Source of the DNA: Mobula hypostoma
Taxonomy: Eukaryota
NCBI RefSeq assembly: GCF_963921235.1
Contig: NC_086097.1
Coordinates: 224,380,001 to 224,444,000, forward strand
Reading direction: 5' to 3'
Length of the DNA: 64,000 bases
The position numbers were made by a program, and so were the translations under genes. The first letter of the stretch is position 1. Every line of letters starts with the position of its first letter. Shown here piece by piece: positions 47,831 through 60,899 of the stretch. A model generated the notes under the pieces. It had not been told where the DNA came from and made no database searches. It worked only from the letters and a program-made list of their open reading frames with translations.

Positions 47831-49419
47831 GCATGCTCAAGAGGTCTTCCATGGGATGTTAAGACACCTATGAATGTGCATAAGGTTGGTCTTATCTGGT
47901 TTGATCTGTTTTTGAACTGCACTGCTTGAATGTTTTTGGCTGGATATGTGTATATGAACTAGCCAGCTTTCCCTCCTCGTATCTTGCTTTGAAACCTATC
48001 TGTGTACCTTCAACAATCTTTTTACATTATACAGAGTAATTTTGCCTGAGTCTGTAGTAAATATTGCTGAAGGACCAGACCGATCTATACAGCAGCATAA
48101 CAGACAAGCCAGACATCTGATAATTACAGGATCTTTCCTATTCTCTTCTTTGTTTAATAGCCCTCTATTCTTGCTAATATTGTACCTAAGCCCTAGGAAT
48201 CATTTTGTCTATAAACTATACTTCAACAGAGGCGTTTTGAAAATTTGATTAATCTGCATCCACTGACTTCTTACCTACGTTCTAGTTACATTCTCAGAAC
48301 TGTTACACTTTGCAAAAATACTTTTTTTTAAAAAAAAAAGCAAGCTTTGTTCTAGATATCCATAAAAATCCTAATTGTCCCATAACGAGTTAATAAAATG
48401 ACTTCTATTTGATTTTCAGAAGGAACTAGATAAGGTCTCACATGGGATGCCGGTCAGGACACATGGAATTAAGGAGAATATGCTGTGAAGTATTTAACAT
48501 ATAGAATCGACATGTCTTCCTCAGGTTGGAAGTCTGTCTACCTCTTTGGACTGGTGTCTTCTCCATACTCTATATTTACCAGTGGCCCAAAATTGGTTGG
48601 GTGTTTGGAGTAGAACAGCCATTCTGCTGCTCTTGTTTTGATCCTGGTTGCCAGCCGTTATGTAGGCACGGGGCAAGAACAACAATGGAGTGGTAGGATT
48701 AAATAATAGCCATGGAACATGCTGGGCAGCTTAGTGTGGGAGCTACAAACTGGGCCCATTGCGATGAAAACATGCACACTTGAAAGCTCATGCGCAAACA
48801 GGGAACCCTACACGTAGGATGACCCATTTAGTTCATCGTGTGATCAACTAGCCATGTGACTGCTTGCCATGTTCTTGCAATTGATCTAGTATGGTTCAAT
48901 AGGTCTGCCATGTTTTCTGAAGATCAGCTTTTGCATTGTCCATAAGCAATACACCATTGGACAGAACTGAGCATGTCCAGATGCTGATGTCTATTAATGC
49001 CCCCAGGACAGAGAAAGCCCTGTACGTTAATAATTTCCATGCACAAGGCTTCCTGCTGCAAGTAAGGAAGCACAATAGCATGTGTAAATGTTATGCTAGC
49101 CCTAATTATTTTTCTATTACAGTGTGGCAGGTTACTTCAAGAATGCAATTTGCGAGGTGATATAATTAGCTGTGGCCAAGCTGACATGGTGTGACAGCGC
49201 TCTGCATTTGCTGTAAAGACTGGCATTCCTTTCTTAGTGCTGCTGTTTATCTGGAGAATTCACACAAAAAAAAATCATTACCTTCTGATTGAAGAGAAGC
49301 GGAAGAATTCAGCTTGGAAGCATTTGCATCTCAGTTATGTGCAATTTACAAAGTATTGAATCTGCTAACATAAGCACATTAAAATTCTCTTGTATTATAA
49401 AGCACTTGATGATTTTAGG

Positions 49420-49810
49420 CCTGTACATATTGGCATTTAGAAGAATGAGGGTGGGATCTCACTGAAACCTATTGAATATTGAAAGACCTAGATAGAGTAG
49501 ATGTGAAGTGTGTTTCCAATGGTGGGAGAGTCTGGGATCAGAATGCAAAGACAGCCCTTTTGAACAAAGATGAGGAGAAATTTCTTTAGCCAGAGGGTGG
49601 TGACTATGTGGAATTCATTGCCACAGAGGACTTGTGGAGGTCAAGTCATTGGGTATATTTAAAGCAGAGGCCACTTCTTGATTAGTAAGGGCATCAAAGG
49701 TTACAGGGGGCATGGGGTTGAGGGGGATAATAAATCAGCCATAATCAAATAATGGAGTAGACTTGATACAACCTAATTCTGCTCCTTCGTTTATGGTTGT
49801 ATGGTCTTGT
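49420..49810 (+). mobile_element. CR1 3' fragment
   Basis: TTTCTTTAGCCAGAGGGTGGTG..CCTAATTCTGCTCC with a TATGGT tail. Confidence 0.75.
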
Positions 49811-51274
49811 ATAAATATATGCTTTAGATCCTAATGTTCAGCAATTAGTCACCAACATAATATGCTACAATGTATAAAATGTGAGCCATGTGTGGCATTT
49901 TGCTGTGTATGGCTGGTCTATCTACTGGTCCTTGTTCAATAAACAATTCTGGGGATTTTCCTTGCATAAGTGCATTCACCACTCCTGAGTAATGAGTCAA
50001 GTAAAAAAAGTAGTTTATTAAACAATTCTCAATTAATAATGTTAAGATTTCTACATCTTGGACAGTTTTTAAAATCTTCTAAATATGTGCTAGTGCCTTC
50101 CTCTGCATTGATATTGAGTTCAGGCCAAAGTCAAGTCACTTGTATGTGTTCAGCAAAGAGTCTTGGGTACCCATTCCTGGAGTAGTGGCTCTTCACCATC
50201 AACTTTCTGAGTAGTCCATGAGTCCATCAACATTCCCTTCATGGCACTCTTTGTGATTTATAGTAATTTCATGTCTTGTACTGTACTGCTGAAGCAAAAC
50301 AACAAATTTCATGTCAGATACATCAGTGATAATCTGATTGATTCTGAAATGAAGCACAAGATGGTTGCTTGAATTAACTGGATTTGGTGTTTATCAGAGG
50401 TATGGGCTTCTATGTGTATTGATCTGTTTCACAAGTTTAATCTTGTCTTTCAGGCTCAACTTCATAATCATTCAAGGCCCTTTCTGGCCCTTGTTTTCAT
50501 GCTGAATCTATCTGTTTGTTGAGAGACAATGGGCACTGGATGGTTGAGAGATAGTGGACCCTTTTTCTTTTTACATCACCCCCAAAGCACTGAACCATGT
50601 TTGAGGCAGATCAGGTGTTAGCTACCTGGGGTTGGGCATGGTGCTCTTGAAGTTCAATAAAGTAAATAGATGGCTTATCATAAGTTTAGCTAGGAACTGG
50701 CTGCATTGAAGAAACTATTGTTTACAGTTGTCTAAACTCAGGTTTCTGCATCAAATGCTCATTAAGGAAATGATGACTCTCCTTCAGCCTTAAAATCCTG
50801 AAACTCCACGTTCTTCTAAATGTGGTTGTAAATGAATTTTCCCTTTAATACACTTTGTGGCCAGCCTTTCTAACAGCTCATCCTTTACTTGGCTTTGATT
50901 TATTTCTGATTATTCTGCTTTCTGCTAATGACATTGTATTCATCCAAGGATTTGTAAAAACAGAGCTTATTGTACTTGTGTTTTAACTTGCACAGACTTT
51001 ACACATGCCTTAATGTACTGAACAGTGTGTAGGTAACATCGTGTTCTGATCTATATGCCAAAGGTACATGAAGCTCACATCTTTGTGATCAGATGTGGTT
51101 TGCTAATTATTTTTGCCCCAATTTTAAAGAGAAGATAAAGGGAAGTATTTATTTGCTGCATATACATTGAAAAGTACACTGAAATGTGTTCTTTGTATTA
51201 AATGAAATCAGTGAGGTCTGTGCTTGGGGCAGCCTGCAAGTGTCATCAAACTTCTGGCAGTAACAAGCTCACAA

Positions 51275-52040
51275 CATTTGGTAGGTCAAATACAATGGCA
51301 GAATATAGTATTAATTGTAAGACTATTGGCAGTGTGGAGGATCAGACGGATCTTGGGGTCCGAGCCAATAGGACACTCAAAGCTGCTGCGCAGGTTGACT
51401 CTGTGGTTAAGAAAGCATACAGTGCATTGGCCTTCACCAGTTGTGGGATTGAGTTTAAGAGCCGATAGGTATGCAGCCATATAGGACTCTGGTCAAACCC
51501 CACGTGGACTACTGTGCTCAGTTCTGGTTGCCTCACTATAGGAAGGATATGGAAACCATAGAAAGGGTGCAGAGGAGATTTACAAGGATGTTGCCTGGAT
51601 TGGGGAGCATGCCTTATGAAAATAGGTTGAGTGAACTCAGCCTTTTTTCCTCGGAGTGACCGAGGTTGAGAGGTGACCTGATGTCAGTGTATAAGATGAT
51701 GAGAGGTGTTGATTGTGTGGATAGTCAGAGGCTTTTTCCCAGGGCTGCAATGGCTAGCATGAGAGGGCACAGTTTTAAGGTGCTTTGAAGTAGGCACAGA
51801 GGAGATGTCAGGGGTATGGTTTCTTACGCAGAGAGTGGTGAATGCATGGAATGGGCTGCCGGCGAAGGTGGTGGAGGAGGATACGATAGGGTCTTTTAAG
51901 AGACTCCTGGACAGGTACAGGGAGCTCAGAAAAATAGAGGGCTATGGGTAAGCCGAGGTAATTTCTAAGGCAAGGACAGGTTTTCCACAGCTTTGTGGGC
52001 CAAAGGGCCTGTATTGTGCTGTAGGTTTTCTGTTTCTATG
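51275..52040 (+). mobile_element. CR1 3' fragment
   Basis: FGRSNTMAEY..DLGVR..LVKPHVDYCAQFW..ERVQRRFTRMLPGL. Confidence 0.9.
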
Positions 52041-52333
52041 TTAACATACCCTTTGGTATATGGGAGAAAAGCAGAGCACCTGGAGGAAACCCATATGGTT
52101 GTGGGGCGAACATTCAAACTTCTTACAGGCAAGGGAGTCGAACCCCAGTGCTGTGAAGTGATTGTGCCAACTGCAATGCAATTGTGCCAGCCACACAGTA
52201 TATTTACAGGTAAATGCACATCCACATTTGACAAAAGAAGTTTCTTGTTAAAAGAAACATGAGAAAGAAAGACGTAAGATAAATTATAACTGATTATGAC
52301 AATGAATGAGAATAAGAAATATTAACATATTAT

Positions 52334-52746
52334 GTCGTTGTGGCTATCCCTCGAGGTCGAGGATGATGGTCTTCATTCTGAAGTGGCCCACAGAGCAAAG
52401 AAGCCTGTGTGTGTATTTGTTTAACGTGTACTTGATGCTGCATTCCAAGAAGCGCACAATACTTCACAAATCAACCAACTGATTCCAATGGCATGGAAAC
52501 CATGATGATTGGAGCTGATGGCTTTGTTGCAGCCTTCATTCGCCTTCACAGCCGTTGAGTTCGAAGTAACTTTGTCCACCTGTTCCACCATTGAGGTCTT
52601 GGTTGGATTGTTTGTCAGGGCCCTCACCCTCGACCTTACTGCCATGGGTGACCCTACCAGGAGCATGGCTCCAGACGGCATTGCTCTCGGGATCACAGGA
52701 CCACACAAGCTTCTCCACCACGACAAGGTGACAATCCTCGGAGAAG
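52334..52746 (-). mobile_element. Bipartite non-autonomous RTE-derived element with a TSD
   Basis: 5' CACCTTGTCGTGGTGGAG..GGTAGGGTCACCCATGG resembles RTE (Expander/Rex3-type) 5' UTRs. TSD ACATATTAT at 52325-52333 and 52747-52755. Confidence 0.65.
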
Positions 52747-53794
52747 ACATATTATATATTACAATATTAACATATTTACATTTTATTAAGTATTAACATA
52801 TTATTTAAACATACTTGACAAAAGCCAGTGTAAATTATTTCTCCTTTTACACAATCTTACCTCAGCTTTTCTTTCCCCTTTTCAAATAATCAAATTAAAG
52901 CATGTTAGTCATGGATTATGCAGCAGATCTTCCCCGACCACCCTTTTCGTTCTGGAAAATGTCATGAATGCACGAGGAGGCCCCAATATCACAGAATGAA
53001 CAGAAGGAGAGGTCTTGTTGCAGACTTCATTGGTTTGCCTTTTAAACCACTCCCATAACAATCATCTATTTCCTCTTGGACAGCCATTGTGCTCCATTGG
53101 CAGTAGCAAGGAACCGTATTTACAGTACCTCAAACCAAAGAACTTGGATTTCCGTCTGCCTTATAAGGCTAAGTGCAAGAGGGTTTTGGTATGGAGACAG
53201 TACTGAGGATATGTGAGCTTCTAGCTGTGTGTGGACACTGCTGATTTTTCAAGCCTGTTTAAATCACACATCTTTCTGCCATATAACATTGGTAAGCTTT
53301 CTGCTGCTTTGGTCTCTACATTATTACATGATTATCCAGGTTTCAAGATGGGAGGTCCCAGGCAAGCTGCTGAGGAGAACTGGGCTAGTTACTCATCAGC
53401 AGGTGCCTGGGTTATTTCATCTGGAATTCTGTCAGAGGCAGCTTTAGAGGCTCAATCATTGAGTATATCCAAGACAGGAACTGATAGGTTTTATATATTA
53501 AGGGAATTGAGGTATGTGAGCCTAGTGCATGATTTTCAGATCTTGGTAAATGGTGGACCAGGTGAGAAGGGCTAAACAACACCCTGCCAGACATTTATTA
53601 TGTCTTCTAACATATTCTTCAACAAACCTAATTATTATTCTTGTCGCCAAAGCAAACTTCTTCACTAGCCGTAACACCATCCCCTTACCTGGCATTTGTC
53701 CGAAGGTGAACAGACTGCTTACAATGTTGGTGTCACATTTAGCCCAAAGGTGTGCTTCAAACCTTTTATCCACATCATCAATAAAACCACATAC

Positions 53795-54005
53795 TTCCTG
53801 CCACTGTCTGCAAGAAGTGTGTACATTCTCTCCATGACCATGTGTGTTTCTTCCAGGTGCTCCAGTTTCCTCCCACTGTTGCAAAGACGTACAGGGTTGT
53901 TGGTCGTTGTAAATTGTCCCGAGATTAGACTAGGATTAAATCCGGATTGCTGGGTGGTGCAGCCCCAAGGGTCAGAAGGGCCTATTTCATGTTCCATCTC
54001 AAATA
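53795..54005 (+). mobile_element. 5'-truncated SINE, same family as 13851-14135
   Basis: CCACTGTCTGCAAG..GGTGCTCCAGTTTCCTCCCAC..TGTAAATTGTCCCG. Confidence 0.7.
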
Positions 54006-54699
54006 CATTGTCCTTTCAGCCTCAGTTCAGTTCAGCTCAGCTGCTGAAACCTTGAACTACACCACTGTCACCTCCAATTTTGACCATTTCAAAGCTCTCC
54101 TGCCTCCTTCTGCAGTCTGTAAATCTCTGTTCAAATTTTTGCTGTTCTGTGTTCTAACTTGCCTTAAGAATCCCATTTGCCCATCAATCCTATTCTCAGT
54201 TAAGCTAATCATTTATTTTCAAGTTCCTTTCAAAAATCTTCAGTCCTATTACAGAGGGTAGAAGATAGAACAGTACAACCCAACGCAGGCCCTTTGGATC
54301 ACGATGTTGTGCAGACCTACTCTAAGATCAATCGAACTTTCTCTGCACCACCCCCACCCCCCCACAACTCTGCAAGACAGATCATTTCTCAAAATGTGAC
54401 CTTCTGGTCATCACCAGATTTAATCAGTCAGAATCAGAACCAGGTTTAATACCACTGATATATGTCGTGAAATTTAGTGTTTAGTGGCAGCAGTACAGTA
54501 CATAATACAATAAATCATAATTAAATTAAATAGGTAGTCCTTTTGTGGCTGTATTTTACTGGTGTCTTTCATGTGCTTGCTATCTTGTATGTGCTATGTG
54601 TATGACTATTGGTACTATGTTTTTCATGTTGGCCCCAGAGTTATGCTGCCTCGTTTGGCTGTATTTATGTATGGTTGAATGACAATTAAAGTTGAATTG

Positions 54700-55654
54700 A
54701 AGATGCATGGGATCCATGGTGAGTTGGCCATTTAGATTCAGAAGTTACTTGCACATAGGAGTCAGAGGGTAGTGGTTGAAGGGACTTAGCCCCAGTTGGA
54801 ATCTGTGATTAGTGGTGTTCTACAGGGATCTGTACTAGGACCTCTGCTGTTTTTGATATTTGTAAATGGCCTGGATGAAAACTTGCATGTGTGGGTTAGT
54901 AAGTTTGCAGATGATACAAAGATGGGTAATGATGTGAATAGTGTAGAAGACTAGCAAAGAATACAAAAAGATAGATCAGGTGCAAATATAGGTAGAGAAA
55001 TAGCAGATGGAGTTTAACCCAGCCAAATGTGAAGCGTTGAACCTTGGTTGGTCAAACATAAAGGGACAGTACACTGTTAAAGGCAAGACCCTTAACAGTG
55101 ATGAGCAGAAGGATCTTGGGGGTCCAAGTTCATAACTCCTTGAAAGTTGATAGGGTGGTTAAGAAGGAATATGGCATGCTTGCCTTAATTAGTTGTGGCA
55201 TTGAGTTCAAAATTTGCAGATATGTTGCAGCTTCAGTTAACTCTAGTTAAGTTGCATCTGGAGAATTGCATATAGTTCTGGTCACCCCATTATAAGAAGA
55301 ATATCAAAGCTTTTGACAGGGTGCAGAAGAGATTTACCAAGATGCTGCTTAGTTTAAAGGGCATGTGTCCTATAGTGGGAGAAGGGACAAACCTGGGTTG
55401 TTTTTCTGGAGTGTTTGTGCTGAGGGAAGATCTGTTTAAGGTTTATAAGATTGAAAGGCATTGATAATGTAGACAGACAATATATTTTCCCAAGGGTTGA
55501 AATGCCTAATACCAGAGGACATGCATTCAAGGTGAAAGGGGGTAATTTCAAAGAAGATGTGAGGGGCACTTTTTTTTTTTAAACGGAGTGTGGGTGCCTA
55601 GAATGCAATGCTTGGGGTGGTAGTAGAGACAAACATTAGAGATTCCTAAGAGAC
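54700..55654 (+). mobile_element. Degenerate CR1 RT/3' fragment
   Basis: QGSVLGPLLF and SKFADDTK at about 54825-54920. Confidence 0.85.
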
Positions 55655-58600
55655 TGTCTGTACAACTACATATCAAATACAAGTTTGTAAATAAAGGCAT
55701 GCACTCAGATGTGAAGTTGCAAATCAATATGCATGGGGAAGTTATCAGTCAATAATTAATGCTAAGGGGAGACAATGCACTAAAAGAAATAGATCCATAC
55801 ACTACACTTCTCATTTAGATTAATGTAACATAAAACTGTATTTGTAACAAAACATTCAATTTCCCTTTAATGGACCATGTTCAAATAAGCATGATTTCAC
55901 AATAATAGTGTTTGCTTGATCTTTTCCAAAATAACAGTCCATGACTAACTTCACTATACTGAAGATCCAGTCTTTTGAGTGGTGCTCTGTTTCTTTCAGG
56001 AGAGTGCCTCTGGACCTGTGGAGTGGCACCAGGTTTGCCAGGTGTCTTGTCAAAGGCAACTTTCTCTGTTGCAGGTGTCATGTTGCTGTGAGTGACAGGA
56101 TCTTCAGAGGTAAGTCCAGTGGATGCAATATGTTCATCTTGTTGGATGCTGATGACCCAGGTGTTTTCTTCAGTTGAGCATCCAGTACCTGGTCCACAAG
56201 ATGTCTCCATGTATGATCTCCAACATCCACTAAGTACGTCAATGGTTCGGCTCGTGTCGCTATCCTACTGGATGTCCACTTGTCTTCTCAGTAATCATGC
56301 GCTAGGGCTTTTTGTCCAATCTGAAAGCACCTTGCTGATTTACTTGGCAACCTGGCTGAACTGTTTATTCTGCACTTCTCTCCATAGGTCTGGTTTCAGG
56401 AGGTCTATGCGAGATCTCAGATTTGTGTTCATGAAGAGCATTGCAGGCGTTTGACTTGTTGCCAAATGAACAGAGTTCTGATACACAAAGGAAGTTGTCC
56501 AGCTTGTGCTGAAGAGAAATATCCTCCTTGTCCATCACTTTAATGGACTTCTTGAAGGTTTGGACAAACCTTTGAGCTAACCCACTTGTTGCTGAGTGGC
56601 GAGAACTTGATGTTTGATGCTATTTTTTTGTCATGAATAGTCTAAAATCTTCTGAAGTGTATTGTGGTCTGTTGTCATTCATAATTTGTTCTGGTAAGCC
56701 ATTTCTGGAGAAGATAGTTCTCAGAGTGGAAACAGTCTTTTCTGATGTGGTTGACTTCACTGGTATGTCCCCAGGCCACTTCAAGTGAACATCCACACCA
56801 ATCAGAAACATGGTATTCATCAATGGTCCAGTAAAGTCAATATGTTCTTTACCTTGGTGATGATGGCCACTCCAATAGGTGTAAAAGGTGCATGTGGGGG
56901 TGCACTTTGAACCTTTTGACATCCTGAACATCTTTTGGTCATCTTCAATCTGTATCTATTCCCGGCCACCACACACAGCTCCGGGCAAACCTCTTCACCT
57001 TGACTGTACCCAGGTGTCCTTCATGCAGATTCTCTAACACTCTGGTGCACAGCTTAGAGGGAAGCACAACACAAGATCCACACATCAGCATTCTTTGACA
57101 TACTGACAATAGGGCTTGTCTCGCTGAGAACTCTGGAAACATAGGATTACCATGAGCTGGCCATCCTTGCTTGGTGATGTCATAGACTTTTGACAATGTC
57201 AGGTCATTCCTTGTTTCTATTTGTATTTCAGAATTTGTTACTGGCAACCAGTCTACCAGTACTGTGTGGAACACCTCTGCTTGGTCACAGAATGAAGAAG
57301 TTTCTTCAGTTGTCAACAGTGGAATATGTGATAAGCCACCAGTGTTGCTATGTTGTTTTGTACCTTGAACTCCATGTCGTCTTTCACTAGAGTTAACTTT
57401 TGTTCTTAGAGGTAGTAGTAGAACTTCTTTACTCCCAATACTAGACTAAGGGTCTGTTATTCAATCTGTATGTAGTTACGTTCTGCAGTCATCAGTGACC
57501 TTGAAGAAAATGCAATCTGACATCCTGATCCATCTTTCATAGTGTGGAACAAAACTGCACCAATGCCATAGGGGAATGCATCACATGCCAGTCTGATGGG
57601 CAGAGATGGGTCATAATGGGTGAGCAGTTCATCTGATGTTAATACTGTTTCCTTGAATGCTCTTTCACAGCTTTCTGATCATTCCCGCTTTGCTCCTGTC
57701 TGTACAGTGCATTCAATGGGTGCAGCACTGTAGCAATGTTTGGGAGAAACTGGTGGTGGTAGTTTACAAGGCCCAAGTATGACCTAAGTTGTGACACGTT
57801 TTCCAGTTTGAATGCCTGCAGCACTGCTTCAGTCTTCTCTTGTGACTTGTGTAAACCATGTTTGTCAATGACATGTGCACAATGAGATTTCATTCTTGAA
57901 AAACTCATTTGTCTCTTTGCATGCTCACGCAGTCTGGTAAGCACCTTACCAAGGTTCTGGAGGTGTCAGTCACAATGTTGGCATCAGGGTAGTATTGTCA
58001 TTCCTAGAATACTGGTCCACTGCACACTGGAACAGTCCCCTGTGAGTGATGATTGTGAGGAACTTCCCGCTTGACTTCTCAATCTCCATTTACAGATAAG
58101 GTTGTGACAAGTCAACCTTTGAAAACCTCTCCCTACCTGCCAAGGATACTATTCATGGGGAGGATACTGCACAGTATGCAGCGCAGGGTTGATGCTCACT
58201 TTGAAGTCCCTGCATATGTGAATAGCTCCAGCCTTCCCCTTCTTGATCACCAGGACACTGGGCATTGCCCAATCGCTCCATTCAATCTTGGAGAGAATTC
58301 CAGATGCCTCCAAGCTGAGAAGTTCAGAGTCCACTTTAGGACATATTGCATAAGGTAATGGAAACACTTTACAGAATCTTTGTTGTTCCTTCATCCATTT
58401 CAATTCCAGCCTTCATGCCTTTACCAATCCCCTTCTCAAACATCTTCTCATGAGTATTAAGCAGCTGTTACTGTCTCTGGTTAGTGCTACTGTTTGGGCT
58501 GCCATTGCCTGTGGATGCCACATTAAGAGCTTTGACTGAGTGCCAGTCTAGCTAGATTTTTCTCAACCATTCAACATATGAAACTCCACTTGCTGTATTT

Positions 58601-59868
58601 TTCCTTCATACATCACATTCACTTTGTTTACCTTTGGGAGATACCCTTTCACCTGTGTAGGTCTTTAGCATCATTGAGGTCTTTTCCAATGGTAGTTTAG
58701 AAAAGTCTACTGTAGTCAGCCCCTGAAACCACAGACGAAGCTGATCCAGTGTCTAGTTTGATTTTCAATTTTACTCCAATCACATCTATTGTGATCCATA
58801 TGATTTTGTAATCTGCTTCAGTAAAGATATGCAGTTCTAAGCATAACAGCTCTGCTTTTTTGCACTGTTGTCTAATTCTGTTACACATTCAGTCACTATG
58901 CTTTTGCTCAGTTTTATGTTTGAAAATACCCACTCTGTGGGTTTTTTCTCTTTGGTTGAGCTTTTTGTCAGACTTGTACACTCCCTCCATGTGGCCGTGT
59001 CTGTGACGCTTTTGGTAAACTTTTTCTTTGAATCAACAGTCATTTGCATCATGGGTGGATTTGCCACATTAACATTTTTGGCTTTTTTTGCACCATTCAG
59101 GGACATTTTGTGCATTTCATATTCCTTTGCTGCTGTCTTCATTAATATTGCAATGGTCAATGCCCTTTCTAGATTTAGGTCTCCTCCTGATGGTAGCCTC
59201 TTTTGAGTGCTCTGACTATGCATGCCATACACAAACCTGCCCATTAGTATATCAGAAAGTCCATCTCCAAAGTCACAGAATTGGGAAAGTTTGTGCACTT
59301 CCACAATGTATTCAAAAATGCTTTCACCCTTTGACTAGTTCCTTTTGTGAAATCTAAATTTTGCAGTTATTACTAGTGGTTTTGGGTTCAAGTGATTTTG
59401 TAAAATTTCAACATTTTCTTCAAATATCTTGATGGCTTTTCAGGAGTTACTACATTGCCTAAGAGACTGTACGTTCTAGCATCCATTAAGCTAAGAAGCA
59501 TGGAGACTTTCTTTTCCTCATCATCGTTAGCATTATGATACAGCTCATCTCTCCCAATACATGATTCTGTCTTCATTAGCACTGTTAAATTTGTCAACTT
59601 TCCTGACTAAAGCCATCGTCATGTTATTTTCAATTTGGCTTTGGTGCTTGTGTATCTCACTGTGTACCGTGCACTCTCATTCATGTACCCCTGTGCTAGT
59701 GTCCATTACTGCCATTGCTGTACTAGTTCACTCTTTCCTTTCAGTTTCTCTCCCTTTCTGAGTTTGGTCATCTCGTGACTTTTGGCGCTATTGGTGATAT
59801 TTGCTGACATTCATGTTTGTACTCATCGCCAATGTGTTGTCCATACAGCTACATATCATATAAATACA
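55655..59868 (-). mobile_element. Decayed Gypsy (Ty3/Mag-like) LTR retrotransposon: gag-PR-RT-RH-IN, a 3' LTR of about 200 bp and a truncated 5' LTR
   Basis: LDTGSASS (protease), ICRDFKVSIN and LRSYLGLVNYH (RT), HEGHLG..WWPGID and HIDFTGP (integrase). LTR at 55655-55854, purine tract at about 55860-55868, primer-binding site TGGCGATGAG at 59831-59822 and a 5' LTR remnant at 59838-59868. Confidence 0.9.
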
Positions 59869-60037
59869 TTAGAGGCATTTAGATGGGCACATGAACGTGA
59901 GGAAAATGGAAGGATATGGGCATTGTGTAAGCAGAAGAGATTAGGTTAGTTAGCTACTTGATTATTAATTTAATTTGTTCGTCACACCTCAACTGCTTTC
60001 CACCCATGAAACTAGAATAGTATATCAGCTACAGAAG

Positions 60038-60039
<2 letters not shown>

Positions 60040-60082
<43 letters not shown>
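60040..60082. repeat. (GT)n microsatellite, about 21 units
   Basis: Read directly from the sequence. Confidence 0.97.
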
Positions 60083-60083
<1 letters not shown>

Positions 60084-60529
60084 TCTGAGGAACAAACCTA
60101 AATGGTATGCAGACTGTTTCAGCAAAATAGGTCAAGATAATTTAAGGAATCTCTTTTAATCATTGTGTATTTTTATCTTTTGGTCAGAAATAATAGCCTT
60201 TGATTTTCCTGAAAATTTCCACAGATTCAATGGTGGGAGATTTTCCATGTTAAACATTAAGGGAATTCAATAGATAATATAACCTTTTTATAATAATATT
60301 ATCCTTTTTCAGAGGAATTCAGGGGGTAATATAACCTATAGTGGAATTTTCTCAGTTGGTACAAATGTGACTAAAGAGAGAAAATGACTGGCCTTGACAT
60401 GAGGCAGGATTGATCTGTTTTTCTCATCCAAGTTAAAATTGAAGTCAATGGACATTAGAGCAATGACATTCCAATGGCTCGAGTGACATTTTAAAGAAAA
60501 GGAGATTTTATTGTAGGAGGACAGATCCC

Positions 60530-60895
60530 AATGTCAAAATCTAGTTTAGTATCATATGCACAGATAGATACAACAAAAAGCTTTCTTGCAGCAGCTCTGC
60601 AAACACATAGCATCATATATATGTGACATTCACAAAAAAACATAAACGCACAGTACACGATACACAATTTTTGCACAATTAGAACAAAGACCATTTTAGT
60701 GCAAAGTGATCAATGTGCTCAGTGTTGCTAACCTCTAGTGATTACGGTTCTGCAGATTGGTTTGCAAATTGAATGGTTGAAAAGAAGTAGCTGTTCTTGA
60801 GTCTGGCAGTGTGAGAATTTGGGCTTCTGTATCTCCTGTCTTCTAGTAGTTACAAAAAGATGGCATAGTCCAGATGGTGGGGATCTTTGATAATA
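60530..60895 (-). mobile_element. Rex1-type 3' fragment
   Basis: Similar to 13385-13720. Confidence 0.6.
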
Positions 60896-60899
60896 GACA

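Noticed and set aside
49076..49098. TAGCAT..ATGCTA hairpin as a possible miRNA
   Set aside because: The stem is far too short and there is no match to a mature miRNA I recognise.
60263..60350. Repeated GGAATTCA..TAATATAACCT units
   Set aside because: A short local AT-rich duplication with no further structure.
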